Assembly (NCBI GenBank): GCA_000092065.1
Contig: CP000583.1
DNA: 64,000 nucleotides
Strand: one strand, 5' to 3'
Source of the DNA: Ostreococcus lucimarinus
Lineage: Eukaryota
The notes under the pieces were generated by a model. The model was given only the letters and a program-made list of their open reading frames with translations. It made no database searches and was not told the DNA's origin. Positions 30,829 to 40,303 of the stretch are shown here, in pieces. Numbering within the stretch: the stretch's first letter is position 1; each line of letters opens with the position of its first letter. A program made the translations under genes and the position numbers.

Positions 30829-32412
30829 CTAGCATAAGAACTTCCAGTACAAGTACACCCCGTACCAGCCAATCAAACCGGCACCTGCGAGCGAGACGAC
30901 AGAGAGCACGATCGCGAACGCGATGGTCCAAACGACCTCGGATCGCTGCAAACGCGTCTTACGACTCTTGCGCTTCAAGCGCACCGTGCCCACAGCTTCA
31001 CTATCACCGCGTTTTAGTGTTTTACCACCTTTCATGATCACAGTGCCGCCCTCTTCTTCGTCAGCGCCTGCGTCGACGGTCGCGCTGACGTCGAACACTT
31101 CGGCGTCCAAGTCGAGCGTCATGTCGATGGGCGCCGGATAACTCGCCGTCGACCGCGAGCGCGGAACGGCAATCGTGGGATCACCCGTGAGCGTGTTCCA
31201 CACGACGCCTTGCGAGCGTTGCAAAACGCGCATGTCGCTTCGCTCGAGCGTCGATTTTGCGGCGGCAAAAATGCTCCCAACCAAGATGAGCGTCGACGCA
31301 AACGCGTCGCGCGCGAGTACGGCGCCCCCTATGCCGGCAGACATGATCAATCCGGCAAAAATCGGCTGCAGTGACCCGTAACACGCGGTGACAACCGGCG
31401 TCGTGTCCGCTTCCGCGCGCGTAGTCAACGCGTACGCCGCCGAGGCAAGCACGCCGACGGCGGCGACGGCGGCCCACGCGTTCGATTGCGTCACCAAAGC
31501 AATCGGCGCCTCCGCGGTGACGTGCTCGCGCAACACGAGAGGAACGGTGATGGCGATCCCCATGAGTGCACCCATAGTTTGCGAAACCACGGCCACGGTG
31601 ATGGGATTGTACTCGCGCAAGATGGATTCTTGAAACGCCAAGTACGCCGCGAAGAGCGCGCTTCGAAATAGCAACAGAATATTACCCGAGCTCAGCCACA
31701 TTCGCGCCGGATCGAGGAGTAATATCGTCCCGATCACGCTCAACGCGATCGCGGAGAATTTACCCACGCTCGGCCTCTCGATTCCTTGAAACACGGCGAT
31801 CGTGCACGAATACACCGGCACCAATTGCCCCAGGACGACGGCGTTTCCGAGCGACGCCCGCTTCAATCCGTACGCCAAACATATTTGCGCCAAACAAACG
31901 CACGCCGCGAGCAGAATCATCACGGTCGACGTGCACAGCGCGTTCCTTTTCTTCACATTATTCAACTCCCGCATCGTCTCCCCTCGCACGCGCGCCAACA
32001 AGTAAATGAACGGCAACGAAATCGCGCACCTCGCCAACGTAAACTGCGCCGCGCTAAAGTAATTCATCGACTGCGCGCTCATGCACATCGCCCCCACGAA
32101 GCACGCCTGCGCGCACGTCAGCAACAACGCGCTCTGCGACGCGCGTTTCACGTCGTCCCTCACCTTTCTCCGCATCTCATCCAACTCCTCGGGAAACGTC
32201 TCGCTCAGCGTCTCCAGAAACGCCGCGAGCTCCGTCTTATTCCTCCATCTCTTCCGCCCCGCGCTCGCCGCCGTCGCGCGCGCGTCCGCGACGCCGTCGT
32301 TCGCGTCCTCCGTCTCGCCCGCGCCGTCCCGTCCGCTTCGCGCGCGCGCGCGTCCCCACCCGCGGCCGTCGTCGCGATCGACGCGCGTCGTCAACATCGT
32401 TCGCATCGTCAT
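30829..32412 (-). CDS. Drug/metabolite transporter (DMT/EamA-like) family membrane protein with a C-terminal TM anchor
   Basis: Ten hydrophobic helices in an EamA-like arrangement (..LGQLVPVYSCTIAVFQG.., ..LQPIFAGLIMSAGIGG..). The ORF's first 240 aa are antisense to the HD gene and are discarded. ATG at 32412. Confidence 0.55.
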   Translation of the reverse strand: MTMRTMLTTRVDRDDGRGWGRARARSGRDGAGETEDANDGVADARATAASAGRKRWRNKTELAAFLETLSETFPEELDEMRRKVRDDVKRASQSALLLTCAQACFVGAMCMSAQSMNYFSAAQFTLARCAISLPFIYLLARVRGETMRELNNVKKRNALCTSTVMILLAACVCLAQICLAYGLKRASLGNAVVLGQLVPVYSCTIAVFQGIERPSVGKFSAIALSVIGTILLLDPARMWLSSGNILLLFRSALFAAYLAFQESILREYNPITVAVVSQTMGALMGIAITVPLVLREHVTAEAPIALVTQSNAWAAVAAVGVLASAAYALTTRAEADTTPVVTACYGSLQPIFAGLIMSAGIGGAVLARDAFASTLILVGSIFAAAKSTLERSDMRVLQRSQGVVWNTLTGDPTIAVPRSRSTASYPAPIDMTLDLDAEVFDVSATVDAGADEEEGGTVIMKGGKTLKRGDSEAVGTVRLKRKSRKTRLQRSEVVWTIAFAIVLSVVSLAGAGLIGWYGVYLYWKFLC

Positions 32413-32566
32413 CGTTCGCGCCTTCTCGTCGCCGCGCGCGCGCGTCGCGCGTCGCCCGCACCGCGTCGACGTCGTCGCGCGCGCGCTCGACGCCGCGCGC
32501 GCCGTCGCCGTCGTCGCCATCGCCGACGGTGCGTCGTCGACTGTCGTCAATCCGCGCCGCGTCGCG

Positions 32567-33280
32567 ATGCCCGCGACCGACCGCGCATCGTTCGAGCGCG
32601 ACGTCGTCGCGCGCGCCGAGCGCTTCGCGCGCGACGCCCTGGCCTCGAACGACGGCTCGCACGATCTCTGGCACGTCGAGCGCGTGCGCGCGAGCGCGGT
32701 GGCGCTCGCGAGGCTCGAGGGCGCGAACGCGTTCGTCTGCGAGCTCGCCGCGCTGCTGCACGACGTCGACGATTGGAAGTACGCGCGCGGCGACGGCGCG
32801 AAGGGCCGGGCGAGGACGTTTCTGGAAGACTCGTGCGCGGACGTCGACGCGGCGACGCGCGAGACGGTGCTGGACGTGTGCGCGCGGATCGGGTTCAAGA
32901 GCGAACTCGAAAAAGCTGAAAAATCGCGCGCCGACGACGACGAGGAGAGCGTCGAGTTTCGATGCGTGCAAGACGCCGATCGATTGGACGCGATCGGCGC
33001 GATCGGCATCGGGCGGACGTTTTGTTTCGGCGGCGCGCGCGGGAATCCGATGCACGTGCCCGGCGTGCCGCCGATGGTGGACGTGACGGCGGCGCGGTAC
33101 GAGGCGGCGCATCGCGACGAGACGCGGCCGAACACGACGATTAATCATTTCCACGAAAAGTTGTTCAGGCTGAGGGGTCTGATGAAGACGGCGTCGGGGC
33201 GCGCGCGCGCCGAGCGCAGGCACGCGACGATGGTCGAGTTCGTCGAGCGGTTTCACCGCGAGTGGGACGGCGACGAGTAG
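32567..33280 (+). CDS. HD-domain metal-dependent phosphohydrolase (YedJ/HD superfamily)
   Basis: HDLWHVERVRASAVALARL...LHDVDDWKY...DADRLDAIGAIGIGRTFCFGG is an HD motif. ATG at 32567. The 5' extension of the ORF is antisense to the DMT gene. Confidence 0.75.
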   Translation: MPATDRASFERDVVARAERFARDALASNDGSHDLWHVERVRASAVALARLEGANAFVCELAALLHDVDDWKYARGDGAKGRARTFLEDSCADVDAATRETVLDVCARIGFKSELEKAEKSRADDDEESVEFRCVQDADRLDAIGAIGIGRTFCFGGARGNPMHVPGVPPMVDVTAARYEAAHRDETRPNTTINHFHEKLFRLRGLMKTASGRARAERRHATMVEFVERFHREWDGDE

Positions 33281-33300
33281 CGGCGGCGCAAAGTTTAGTA

Positions 33301-33325
33301 TTCATTCATTCATTCATTCATTCGT
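33301..33325 (+). repeat. (TTCA)n microsatellite, about 6 units, in the 5' region of the ROK/EF/TRX gene
   Basis: ttcattcattcattcattcattc read directly. Confidence 0.8.
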
Positions 33326-33363
33326 TCCTTCACTCACTCGCGCGCGCGCGCCGACGCCGGGCG

Positions 33364-35007
33364 ATGGCCGCCGCGTCTTCGTCGCTCGCCGCGCGCGCGT
33401 CGCGCGTCGGCGCCGCGGCGTCCGCGCGCGGCGTCGCGCGGCGTCGAGCGACGAAGACGCGTCGCGTCGACGCGGCGACGTCGCGTCGGCGCGGCGGCGG
33501 CGCGCGCCCGCGGGCGCTCGCGAGCGACGCGGACGCGGACGAGATCCTGGGCGTGTACGTCACGGCGTCGGCGGAGGACATACGCGCGGCGCCGGTGAGG
33601 GCGAGCGATGGGACGTTCCTGCGCGCGGGGGCGAGCACGAAGCTCGAGGCGGCGACGGCGAGCGGCGTCGCGGCGGCGGTGAAGCGATTGGTCGAGCAGA
33701 TGGAGTGGACGGGGGCGATCGGGATATCGCTGCCGGGATTAGTGACGCGCGTGGAGGGCGAGAGAGGCGATGGGGCGAGAGGGACGATGGCGAGGACGGA
33801 CATCGAACGCGCGGTGAAGCAGGCGACGGGGTGCGAGACGTCGATTTCGAGCGGCGCCGAGGCGTGCGGGGCGGCGGAACTGGCGTACGGTGCGGGCGTG
33901 GAACTTTCGGGCGGAGAGGCGAAGGGATTAGTGATGTTTTGCATGATCGGTGGGCGGTTCAGCACCAGTCTGTACGATGGAGGGAAGGTTGTGAAGAACT
34001 TTGCGGGCGAAAAGTTGAGCGACGGCGACGGCGACGTCTCGGGAATATCGACTTTACCCGACATCGGTGGCGCAAACGATACCGACGAGGCGTGGACGGC
34101 GTTTGGTGAACGCGTGCGCGAGTACTTGAGCGAGCTCGAGCGAAAGTATAAGCCGGACGTCATCATTCTCGGTGGTAAAGCTGGTCAAAATGCCGACAAA
34201 ATTATGGACAAGTTGACCGCGCTTAACACGAAAGTCGTGCCGGGGACTCTGGGCTTCGTCGCCGGTGTCAAGGGTGCGGCGTTACTAGCGAAACAGCAAA
34301 TTGGCTTGCGCGAAACGCTCGCGCAAGTGCGCGAAGCCGTAGGCGTCCAGACTGGCGTGAGCCCTCAATTCGTCTCGGATGAACAGTTGAAGAGCGTCTT
34401 CGACACATTCGACACGTCGAAGAACGGCGTTTTGGAACTCAATGAACTCGTCGACGCGACGCTCGCGCTCAACGTAAAAGTGAACGACGTGCAGTCGTTG
34501 ATGGATTCCTTGGATTTGGACGCGAACGGTGTCGTCACTTTCGATGAATGGTGCAGGTGGTGGAAGAGCGAAGTGTCGACTGAAGCCGTCACGACTATTG
34601 TCTCGCAAGACGAGTGGCGCCGCGTGCTGAAAATGGAAAGCAAAAGACTCATTTGCCTCGAAGTCGGTTTTACGTTTTGCCGACCGTGCAAAGCGTTCGC
34701 GCGCAAGTATCATCAAATCTCCGAGCAATTCCCGAGCGTCAAGTTCGTCTACATGAATGGGAACGAAAACGGGAGTACTACGATTCTCGCGCGCGACGAT
34801 CTCGGTGTGAAGTCGACGCCTTCCTTTTTCTTGTTTCGAGCGGGCGAAAAGTTGCATTTCCACTCCGGTGCGAAAGAAGAGCGCTTGCGCAACGCGATTA
34901 ATCGCCACATGCGCGACGGAGAATGGCCAGCGTTGGCCGGACCTCGACCGCCTGTGATTTCAGAAGACGAGGAGTTGCGCGCAGCGGCGGCGGCGGAAGC
35001 GACTTGA
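33364..35007 (+). CDS. Fusion protein: ROK/polyphosphate-glucokinase-like sugar-kinase domain + two EF-hands + thioredoxin-like domain, with a transit-peptide-like N-terminus (calredoxin-like C-terminal half)
   Basis: ROK-like glycine loops (AIGISLPGLV, MIGGRFSTSLYDGGKV, VIILGGKAGQNADKI). EF-hands FDTFDTSKNGVLELNELVDATL and LDLDANGVVTFDEWCRWW. TRX-like LICLEVGFTFCRPCKAFARKYHQISEQFPSVKFVYMN. ATG at 33364 follows the HD gene stop. Confidence 0.6.
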   Translation: MAAASSSLAARASRVGAAASARGVARRRATKTRRVDAATSRRRGGGARPRALASDADADEILGVYVTASAEDIRAAPVRASDGTFLRAGASTKLEAATASGVAAAVKRLVEQMEWTGAIGISLPGLVTRVEGERGDGARGTMARTDIERAVKQATGCETSISSGAEACGAAELAYGAGVELSGGEAKGLVMFCMIGGRFSTSLYDGGKVVKNFAGEKLSDGDGDVSGISTLPDIGGANDTDEAWTAFGERVREYLSELERKYKPDVIILGGKAGQNADKIMDKLTALNTKVVPGTLGFVAGVKGAALLAKQQIGLRETLAQVREAVGVQTGVSPQFVSDEQLKSVFDTFDTSKNGVLELNELVDATLALNVKVNDVQSLMDSLDLDANGVVTFDEWCRWWKSEVSTEAVTTIVSQDEWRRVLKMESKRLICLEVGFTFCRPCKAFARKYHQISEQFPSVKFVYMNGNENGSTTILARDDLGVKSTPSFFLFRAGEKLHFHSGAKEERLRNAINRHMRDGEWPALAGPRPPVISEDEELRAAAAAEAT

Positions 35008-35076
35008 TTCGCATTCATTTTTTGTTTGTACGCATTTCAGCTATTTGTAGAACGCGGCAGCGTTGTAATCTAACGG

Positions 35077-36643
35077 CTAAGTTGACGTTCCCGCGTCCTT
35101 TTTATAATAAGTCGGCGCGTCGGCTTCGACGGCGGGCTTGCGCGTCGTGCGCTCTTGTAACGCTCGCACCGCGTCTTTGCCCGCTGCCGCCGCCGCTGTC
35201 GCCGCGGCCGTCGCTGCCGCCGTGGCTGCAGATGCGCGTTCTGCCGCCGCCGCCGTCGAAGCTGACGCGCTTTCCCAAATACCGCCCATGCTGAAATTCT
35301 TCAGCGTATCGCTCACTTGATGGCTCACGCTCTTCGCCTCGATCACGATTCGTCGCGGGCTTTGCGCTTCTTCCAAAGGTCCATCTTGCGCGCCACCTTT
35401 AGGCGGTGGCGGGCGCAAGTTCACCCCGTGCATGTCTTCGTCCGCGATCCCGAGCGCCTCTTTTCTCGCCAGTGCGATGCGTTCTGCTTCGCCGACGTCC
35501 ATGGACTTTTCCGACTTGATTTCGTGCGGCTGGTTGAGAATTGCCCCCTTCGTCTGGTCCGCACGCGCGCGAACACCGTAAAGCGTGTACATTTTTCCGC
35601 TCGACGCGTCACGTTCGTCGCCATCAGCGTCCGCGTTGAAGAAATCGTCCAAATCGCTCGTCATCTTTGAGGACATGGTCGACGCGACGTCGAGCGACGA
35701 AGCGATGTCCTTCAGGGACTCATCCTTCGAGAGAACCGAGACGTCCTTACTCTTCTTCTTCGCCAAACTCGCGAGTTTCTTCTTAAGTTCTTGCTCGGCT
35801 GCGATTTCCTCCGTCGTCCTCGAACTCACTTGGTTCGTCATCGCGTCGTTCACCAACATGTCGTGCAACTGAAGCACGTGTGCGACTTCCTCCTGGAACG
35901 CCGCCTCTGCCTCCGCATCCTTCGCCTCTGCATCGTCTCGTCGTTTATACAACGCATCCAACTCGGCTCCGATCTCCGCTTCGAGTAACATCTCCTCCAC
36001 CTCGGACAGCAGCTCCACCGTTCGGTTGAGCGACTCGCTCTGTTCCCAAACCTTCGCCGTCATCCCCGAAACTTCCGCGAGTTCGCGCTCGAGCGCCACC
36101 CACGACTCCTCTTGCTTCCGTATCGTCGATTCCAGCGTCGCGCTGTGCCGCAGCGCGATCCTCGCGCGCGCGTCCACGTGCGCGTGTCGCACGTCGTACG
36201 CCTCCATCGTTTCCTCCACCGCGCGCGCGTACGCCGCCAAACCTCCATCCACTCGCGTATCCTCCTGTCGCGTTCGACCGCAATCATCCTCTTCGTCAGT
36301 CCATCGAATCGGCGTCTCCGCGCGCGTCTCCGGTCGTCCCTCGTCCGCGCGAACACCAAACGCGCGTCGCCGCTCGTCGTCGTCGTCTCTCGTCCCATCG
36401 CTCGCGTCGTTCGCGCACCGTCTCCGCGCGCCTCGCGCGCAGCATCGTCTCCAACACGCCCTCGCGCACGCTCGTCGAGCGTTCGAGCGCGTCCCGCGCG
36501 TCCCGCGCGCCCCGTCCGATCGTCTCCGTCATCGCCTCGACCGCGGACGTCCCGGCGCTGTGCACGCGCGCGACCGTCTCGCTCTTCGCGATCGCGCTCG
36601 ACGCGCGTCCGTACGCGTCGCGCAAGAACTCGTGCGTCGTCAT
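35077..36643 (-). CDS. Hypothetical coiled-coil protein; exons 36643..36419 and 36264..35077 with a 154-nt intron (GTGCGC...GACTGAC...CGACAG)
   Basis: Exon 1 MTTHEFLRDAYGRASSAIAKSETVARVHSAGTSAVEAMTETIGRGARDARDALERSTSVREGVLETMLRARRAET joins in frame to EDTRVDGGLAAYARAVEETMEAYDV... This gives a long helical protein with an acidic middle and an Ala-rich C-terminus. Confidence 0.5.
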
Positions 36644-36708
36644 CGCGCGTCCGCGACGCGTTCGTCGGCGCGCGGCGCTCTGCCGCCGCACTTCGCGACG
36701 CGACGACG

Positions 36709-37527
36709 ATGCTGACGCGACGCGCGACGATTCATCCACCGCGCGTCGCGATCCGGTCGCGACGCGCGACGCGCGCGCGCGATGGACGGCGGCGCCGCGA
36801 CGCGCGCGTCCGCGCGAGCGCGCGGATCACGCTCGTGCGCTGCGACGTCAAGGCGGAGGCGATGGATGATTTTCTGCGATTGACGGAGGAAAACGCGCGC
36901 GCGAGCGTTCGCGAGGCGGGGAACGTGCGCTTCGACGTGCTCCGGGACGAGAAGGATAGAAATTTAGTGACGCTGGTCGAGATATACGCCGACGACGCGT
37001 CGGCGGCGAAGCACAAGGAGACGAAGCATTACGAGACGTGGCGAGACGAAGTCGCGGATATGATGGCGGCGCCGCGGAGCGCGGAGACGTATCTGGCGAT
37101 CGAACCGAACGACGACGCGTGGACGTACGCGAACGCCGTGACGTGGAACGAAGACGATGATCAGAGCGAGATGGTGAACGCGAGTTGCGTGCACGTGCAC
37201 TGCGAATGCGCGGCGGGCGACGAGGCGGCGTTTGCCTCGGCGTGCGCGAAGAACGCGAGCGAATCCGCGTTAGAGGATGGGAATTTGCGCTTTGACGTGT
37301 TCCAGAGCGCCGAGAGCGCGCGAAAGTTTTTATTGGTTGAGGTGTACGACGGCGCGGCGAGCGCGGTGGCGCATAAATCGACGCCGCATTACGAGGCGTG
37401 GCGAGAGGAAGTCGCGAACATGATGGCCCGGCCTCGCCAGGCGCGCGCGTACGACGTCGTGTTTCCGCCCACGAAAATCAGTTGGCGCGGCGACGCGTGC
37501 GGCGACGCGTGCGACACGACGTGGTGA
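36709..37527 (+). CDS. Tandem ABM-domain (antibiotic-biosynthesis-monooxygenase / Dabb-like) protein with a presequence-like N-terminus
   Basis: Two repeats of NVRFDVLRDEKDRNLVTLVEIYADDASAAKHKETKHYETWRDEV / NLRFDVFQSAESARKFLLVEVYDGAASAVAHKSTPHYEAWREEV (ABM fold signature). ATG at 36709. Upstream ORF sequence is Arg/Ser low-complexity. Confidence 0.7.
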   Translation: MLTRRATIHPPRVAIRSRRATRARDGRRRRDARVRASARITLVRCDVKAEAMDDFLRLTEENARASVREAGNVRFDVLRDEKDRNLVTLVEIYADDASAAKHKETKHYETWRDEVADMMAAPRSAETYLAIEPNDDAWTYANAVTWNEDDDQSEMVNASCVHVHCECAAGDEAAFASACAKNASESALEDGNLRFDVFQSAESARKFLLVEVYDGAASAVAHKSTPHYEAWREEVANMMARPRQARAYDVVFPPTKISWRGDACGDACDTTW

Positions 37528-37605
37528 CCCGAATTCCCGCCGCTAGACTGTAATCCATATCCAAATCCCGAATCCCGCGCGACGCGCCGCACTCCGCGAC
37601 TCGCG

Positions 37606-38100
37606 ATGCCGACCGCCGCCGACGCCGACGCCGAACCGCGCTTCGACGACGTCACGGGCGAAGCCCTCAACGTCGCCGCGCTCGAACTCCAGCGTCGCGC
37701 GACGCAGAACGACTACGTCGCCGCGCACGCACCGAGCGAAGATTCACCGTTACGTCGCGTCCCCGCCGTCGACGTCGCGCCTGGACGGCACAAGTACGTC
37801 CTCACGCAGCTCGCGATCGGCGACGAAGCCGCGCTCGTCGTTCGCGCGTACGCCGGATGCGCGTACCACGCGAATAATTTTGAGCTGTTGACGCGCGAGT
37901 TGGCGCGACTCGGCGTCGACGCGACCGGCCGCGTCGTCGGCGGCGGTCGATGCGAACGCGACGACGCGGCGAAGACGATCAAGGTGTACGGGTACAGTAA
38001 AACGTTCGGGCGCACGCCGGGGTGTAACGAACGCGCGTGCGCGATGATTCAAGAGGCGTTTACTGGATACCAGGCGACGTGGAGCGACGACGGGTACTGA
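37606..38100 (+). CDS. PHPT1: Phosphohistidine phosphatase (Janus/Ocnus family, PHPT1-like)
   Basis: KYVLTQLAIGD...AYHANNFELLTRELARLG...VVGGGRCERDDAAKTIKVYGYSKTFG matches PHPT1 [44 protein letters not shown]. Confidence 0.7.
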   Translation: MPTAADADAEPRFDDVTGEALNVAALELQRRATQNDYVAAHAPSEDSPLRRVPAVDVAPGRHKYVLTQLAIGDEAALVVRAYAGCAYHANNFELLTRELARLGVDATGRVVGGGRCERDDAAKTIKVYGYSKTFGRTPGCNERACAMIQEAFTGYQATWSDDGY

Positions 38101-38435
38101 GTTCGCGCGACGCGGAAGAGCGCCGACGTTTGATTTCGAGTTGTTCCGACGACGCGATCGTTCGACTGTTAGTTACGCTTTTATAGCCCCATCGATAGCG
38201 ATTTCGCTCGACGTCGCGTCGTCGTCGACGCCGCGCGCGTGCGATTCGATTCGACGCGCGATGGTGCCCGCATTGGCATCGCGCGCCGAAGCGCGGCACA
38301 CACCGACGCGCGCGATGCCCGCTCGCGCGCGCCGCTCGATCGAAACCTCTCGCGCGCGCGAACTCCTCCTCGCGATCGACGAATCGTTCGCGAGCCCCGA
38401 GGCCTTCGCGACCGCGCGCTTCGATCCTCGCGAAG

Positions 38436-40229
38436 ATGCTGAATGGTAAAGGGCGTTCGCCGCGCGCGCGCGCGGCGCGAGCATTGACGACGTCGTCGCA
38501 CGCGCGCAGGCTCCTCGTGAAGCGCGCGTTCAACAGACGCGCGTTGGAGACGCACCCAGACAAAGGAGGCGACGCGGACGCGTTCCAAGCGATGTACGAG
38601 GCGTTTCAAGAGCTCAAACAAGCGTTTCTCGATGGCTTCTCGGAATTCGCGAAGTGCATCGAATCGGCGCCGGCGAAGGCGAAGGCGAAGGCGAAGGCGA
38701 AACGAACGATGGTAGACGCGCCAGAACTCATGGGTAAGCGACGGACGATTCCACCGTACGAGTTCTTTCAAACCGCCGCTGAACGAGACATTCCGTTCTG
38801 GAAAATTGAGTTGGCGGCGTCGGGCAGAGCTCGCTGCACCGGCTCGCGCAAGTCCCTCGGCAGCGTCGGTCGCTGTCGAAACACCAATGAAGGATCGAAG
38901 GTGGATCAGCCGAGAAGCGTGGGTCCCGGTCCCGGTCCCGGTCCCGGGTCATCGAGAGCGCTCGTCGCCGACGTGTTCGGAATCATCAAGAAGAACGCTG
39001 TGCGCGTGGGCTTAATGGATCCAGAATCTGGCGCGTACTGCCGATTCGTTCATTTGCGATGTTGGCGTGTGCCTCAGGCGGTGTGGTACAATCTTCCGCA
39101 GTACCCCGACGATACGACTGAGTATAGCGTCGATGAGTTCAAAAGACGCTTGGTCGATATGGACGGCGTCGTCTTCGTCGGGTTGAACAAACTTTGCGAT
39201 GAAGACATCACGCTCGTCGCCGAACACGCGATGAATCAGGAGGCGTGGGCGGCGTTCAATCAGAAGAAATATGTCGCCGCTCGAGCTGCTGGCCTTCCGT
39301 CATCGCGGGTTCAACTTCTTTCGAAAGACGAAATCAAAGTACTGCAGAAACTAATGTCGAAGGCGACGTCTTTAGTGCAAGAACCAGAGCAAGACGAACC
39401 GCTCGCCGCGGTGACGAAGCAGGAATCAAAACCGGAACCAAAACGAACGGACCACGATGAGTACGACGTCGTGACTGATGACGACGAACACGAAGATGGC
39501 TTGCAAGTGGCGCCGAATGTCGGCACCGCGATCGCCGTGCAGAAACCAAAAGAGGAGAAGCCACCACCGAAGATTTTGATTCCCGTCCCTGGCGAAAACG
39601 GCGCAATCGCCAACTCACTTCTTCGCGACAATTCCAAACCCATGACGTTCGTGCTGACGGGAATTTTTCCGGATCTCGGAGGCGATCGAATCGGTCTGAT
39701 GCAAGGCAAAGACATGGCGGAAAAGCTGATTCAGCGGTTTGGAGGCGTCGTGCGGAGCGCGGTTTCAGGCGCAACTGATGTTTTGCTCGTCGGCGAAGAG
39801 CCAGGCGTTTCGAAACTATCAGCTGCGCGCACGAAAGCGAACTGCAAAGTTCTCAATCTCGAACACATCCTCGACATGATTCACGGGCGCTCCATTGAAG
39901 GGAAACGGTTGCAAATTGAAAGATTCAGCACAGGTTTTCATGGAAATTCGTTAGCGTACGATATGACGCGAGCCGAATTGGAAGAGCTACGGACGGGAGC
40001 CAAAGCGCTTCCTTCGACGATGAAAACAGAGGAGCCACAACTTCTACCATCGTCCAAGTCGACAACGCGTAAGCGCAAAGCTCTTCCTTTGTCCACGAAA
40101 GACGAAGCGCAAAAGAATTTGACGTTACCCGCACCTGATAAGCCGCCGCGAAATAAGAAGCCAAAACGCTCGCCGAAAGCGCCCGTGCGAAGCTCGCGTC
40201 GTCTCGCCGCACTGACGAACGCCGCGTGA
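38436..40229 (+). CDS. Protein combining a J-domain (HPD) segment, a PARP-type zinc finger and a BRCT domain; candidate DNA-damage factor
   Basis: J-domain helix II/III ..RRALETHPDKGGDADAFQAMYEAFQEL. zf-PARP: KIELAASGRARCTGSRKSLGSVGRC...YCRFVHLRCWRV, compared with PARP1 RVEYAKSGRASCKKCSESI...HWYHFSCFWKV. BRCT: MTFVLTGIFPDLGGDRIGLMQGKDMAEKLIQRFGGVVRSAVSGATDVLLVGEEPG. K/P-rich tail. Confidence 0.65.
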   Translation: MLNGKGRSPRARAARALTTSSHARRLLVKRAFNRRALETHPDKGGDADAFQAMYEAFQELKQAFLDGFSEFAKCIESAPAKAKAKAKAKRTMVDAPELMGKRRTIPPYEFFQTAAERDIPFWKIELAASGRARCTGSRKSLGSVGRCRNTNEGSKVDQPRSVGPGPGPGPGSSRALVADVFGIIKKNAVRVGLMDPESGAYCRFVHLRCWRVPQAVWYNLPQYPDDTTEYSVDEFKRRLVDMDGVVFVGLNKLCDEDITLVAEHAMNQEAWAAFNQKKYVAARAAGLPSSRVQLLSKDEIKVLQKLMSKATSLVQEPEQDEPLAAVTKQESKPEPKRTDHDEYDVVTDDDEHEDGLQVAPNVGTAIAVQKPKEEKPPPKILIPVPGENGAIANSLLRDNSKPMTFVLTGIFPDLGGDRIGLMQGKDMAEKLIQRFGGVVRSAVSGATDVLLVGEEPGVSKLSAARTKANCKVLNLEHILDMIHGRSIEGKRLQIERFSTGFHGNSLAYDMTRAELEELRTGAKALPSTMKTEEPQLLPSSKSTTRKRKALPLSTKDEAQKNLTLPAPDKPPRNKKPKRSPKAPVRSSRRLAALTNAA

Positions 40230-40303
40230 GAAGTTCATCACATGATATGATTGCCTCGTTCGCTACGAATCAATGTGTAATTTACAAATGTCTCTCTATT
40301 TAG

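Noticed and set aside
31786-32919. 377-aa plus ORF and the first 240 aa of the 768-aa minus ORF (32413..33135)
   Set aside because: Each is the antisense shadow of a real gene on the other strand (DMT and HD). Kept only the family-matching portions with their own ATGs.
36296-36739. 147-aa minus ORF treated as an independent gene
   Set aside because: Better explained as exon 1 of the downstream coiled-coil gene, joined via a GTGCGC...CGACAG intron. The remainder of the ORF after the donor is read-through.
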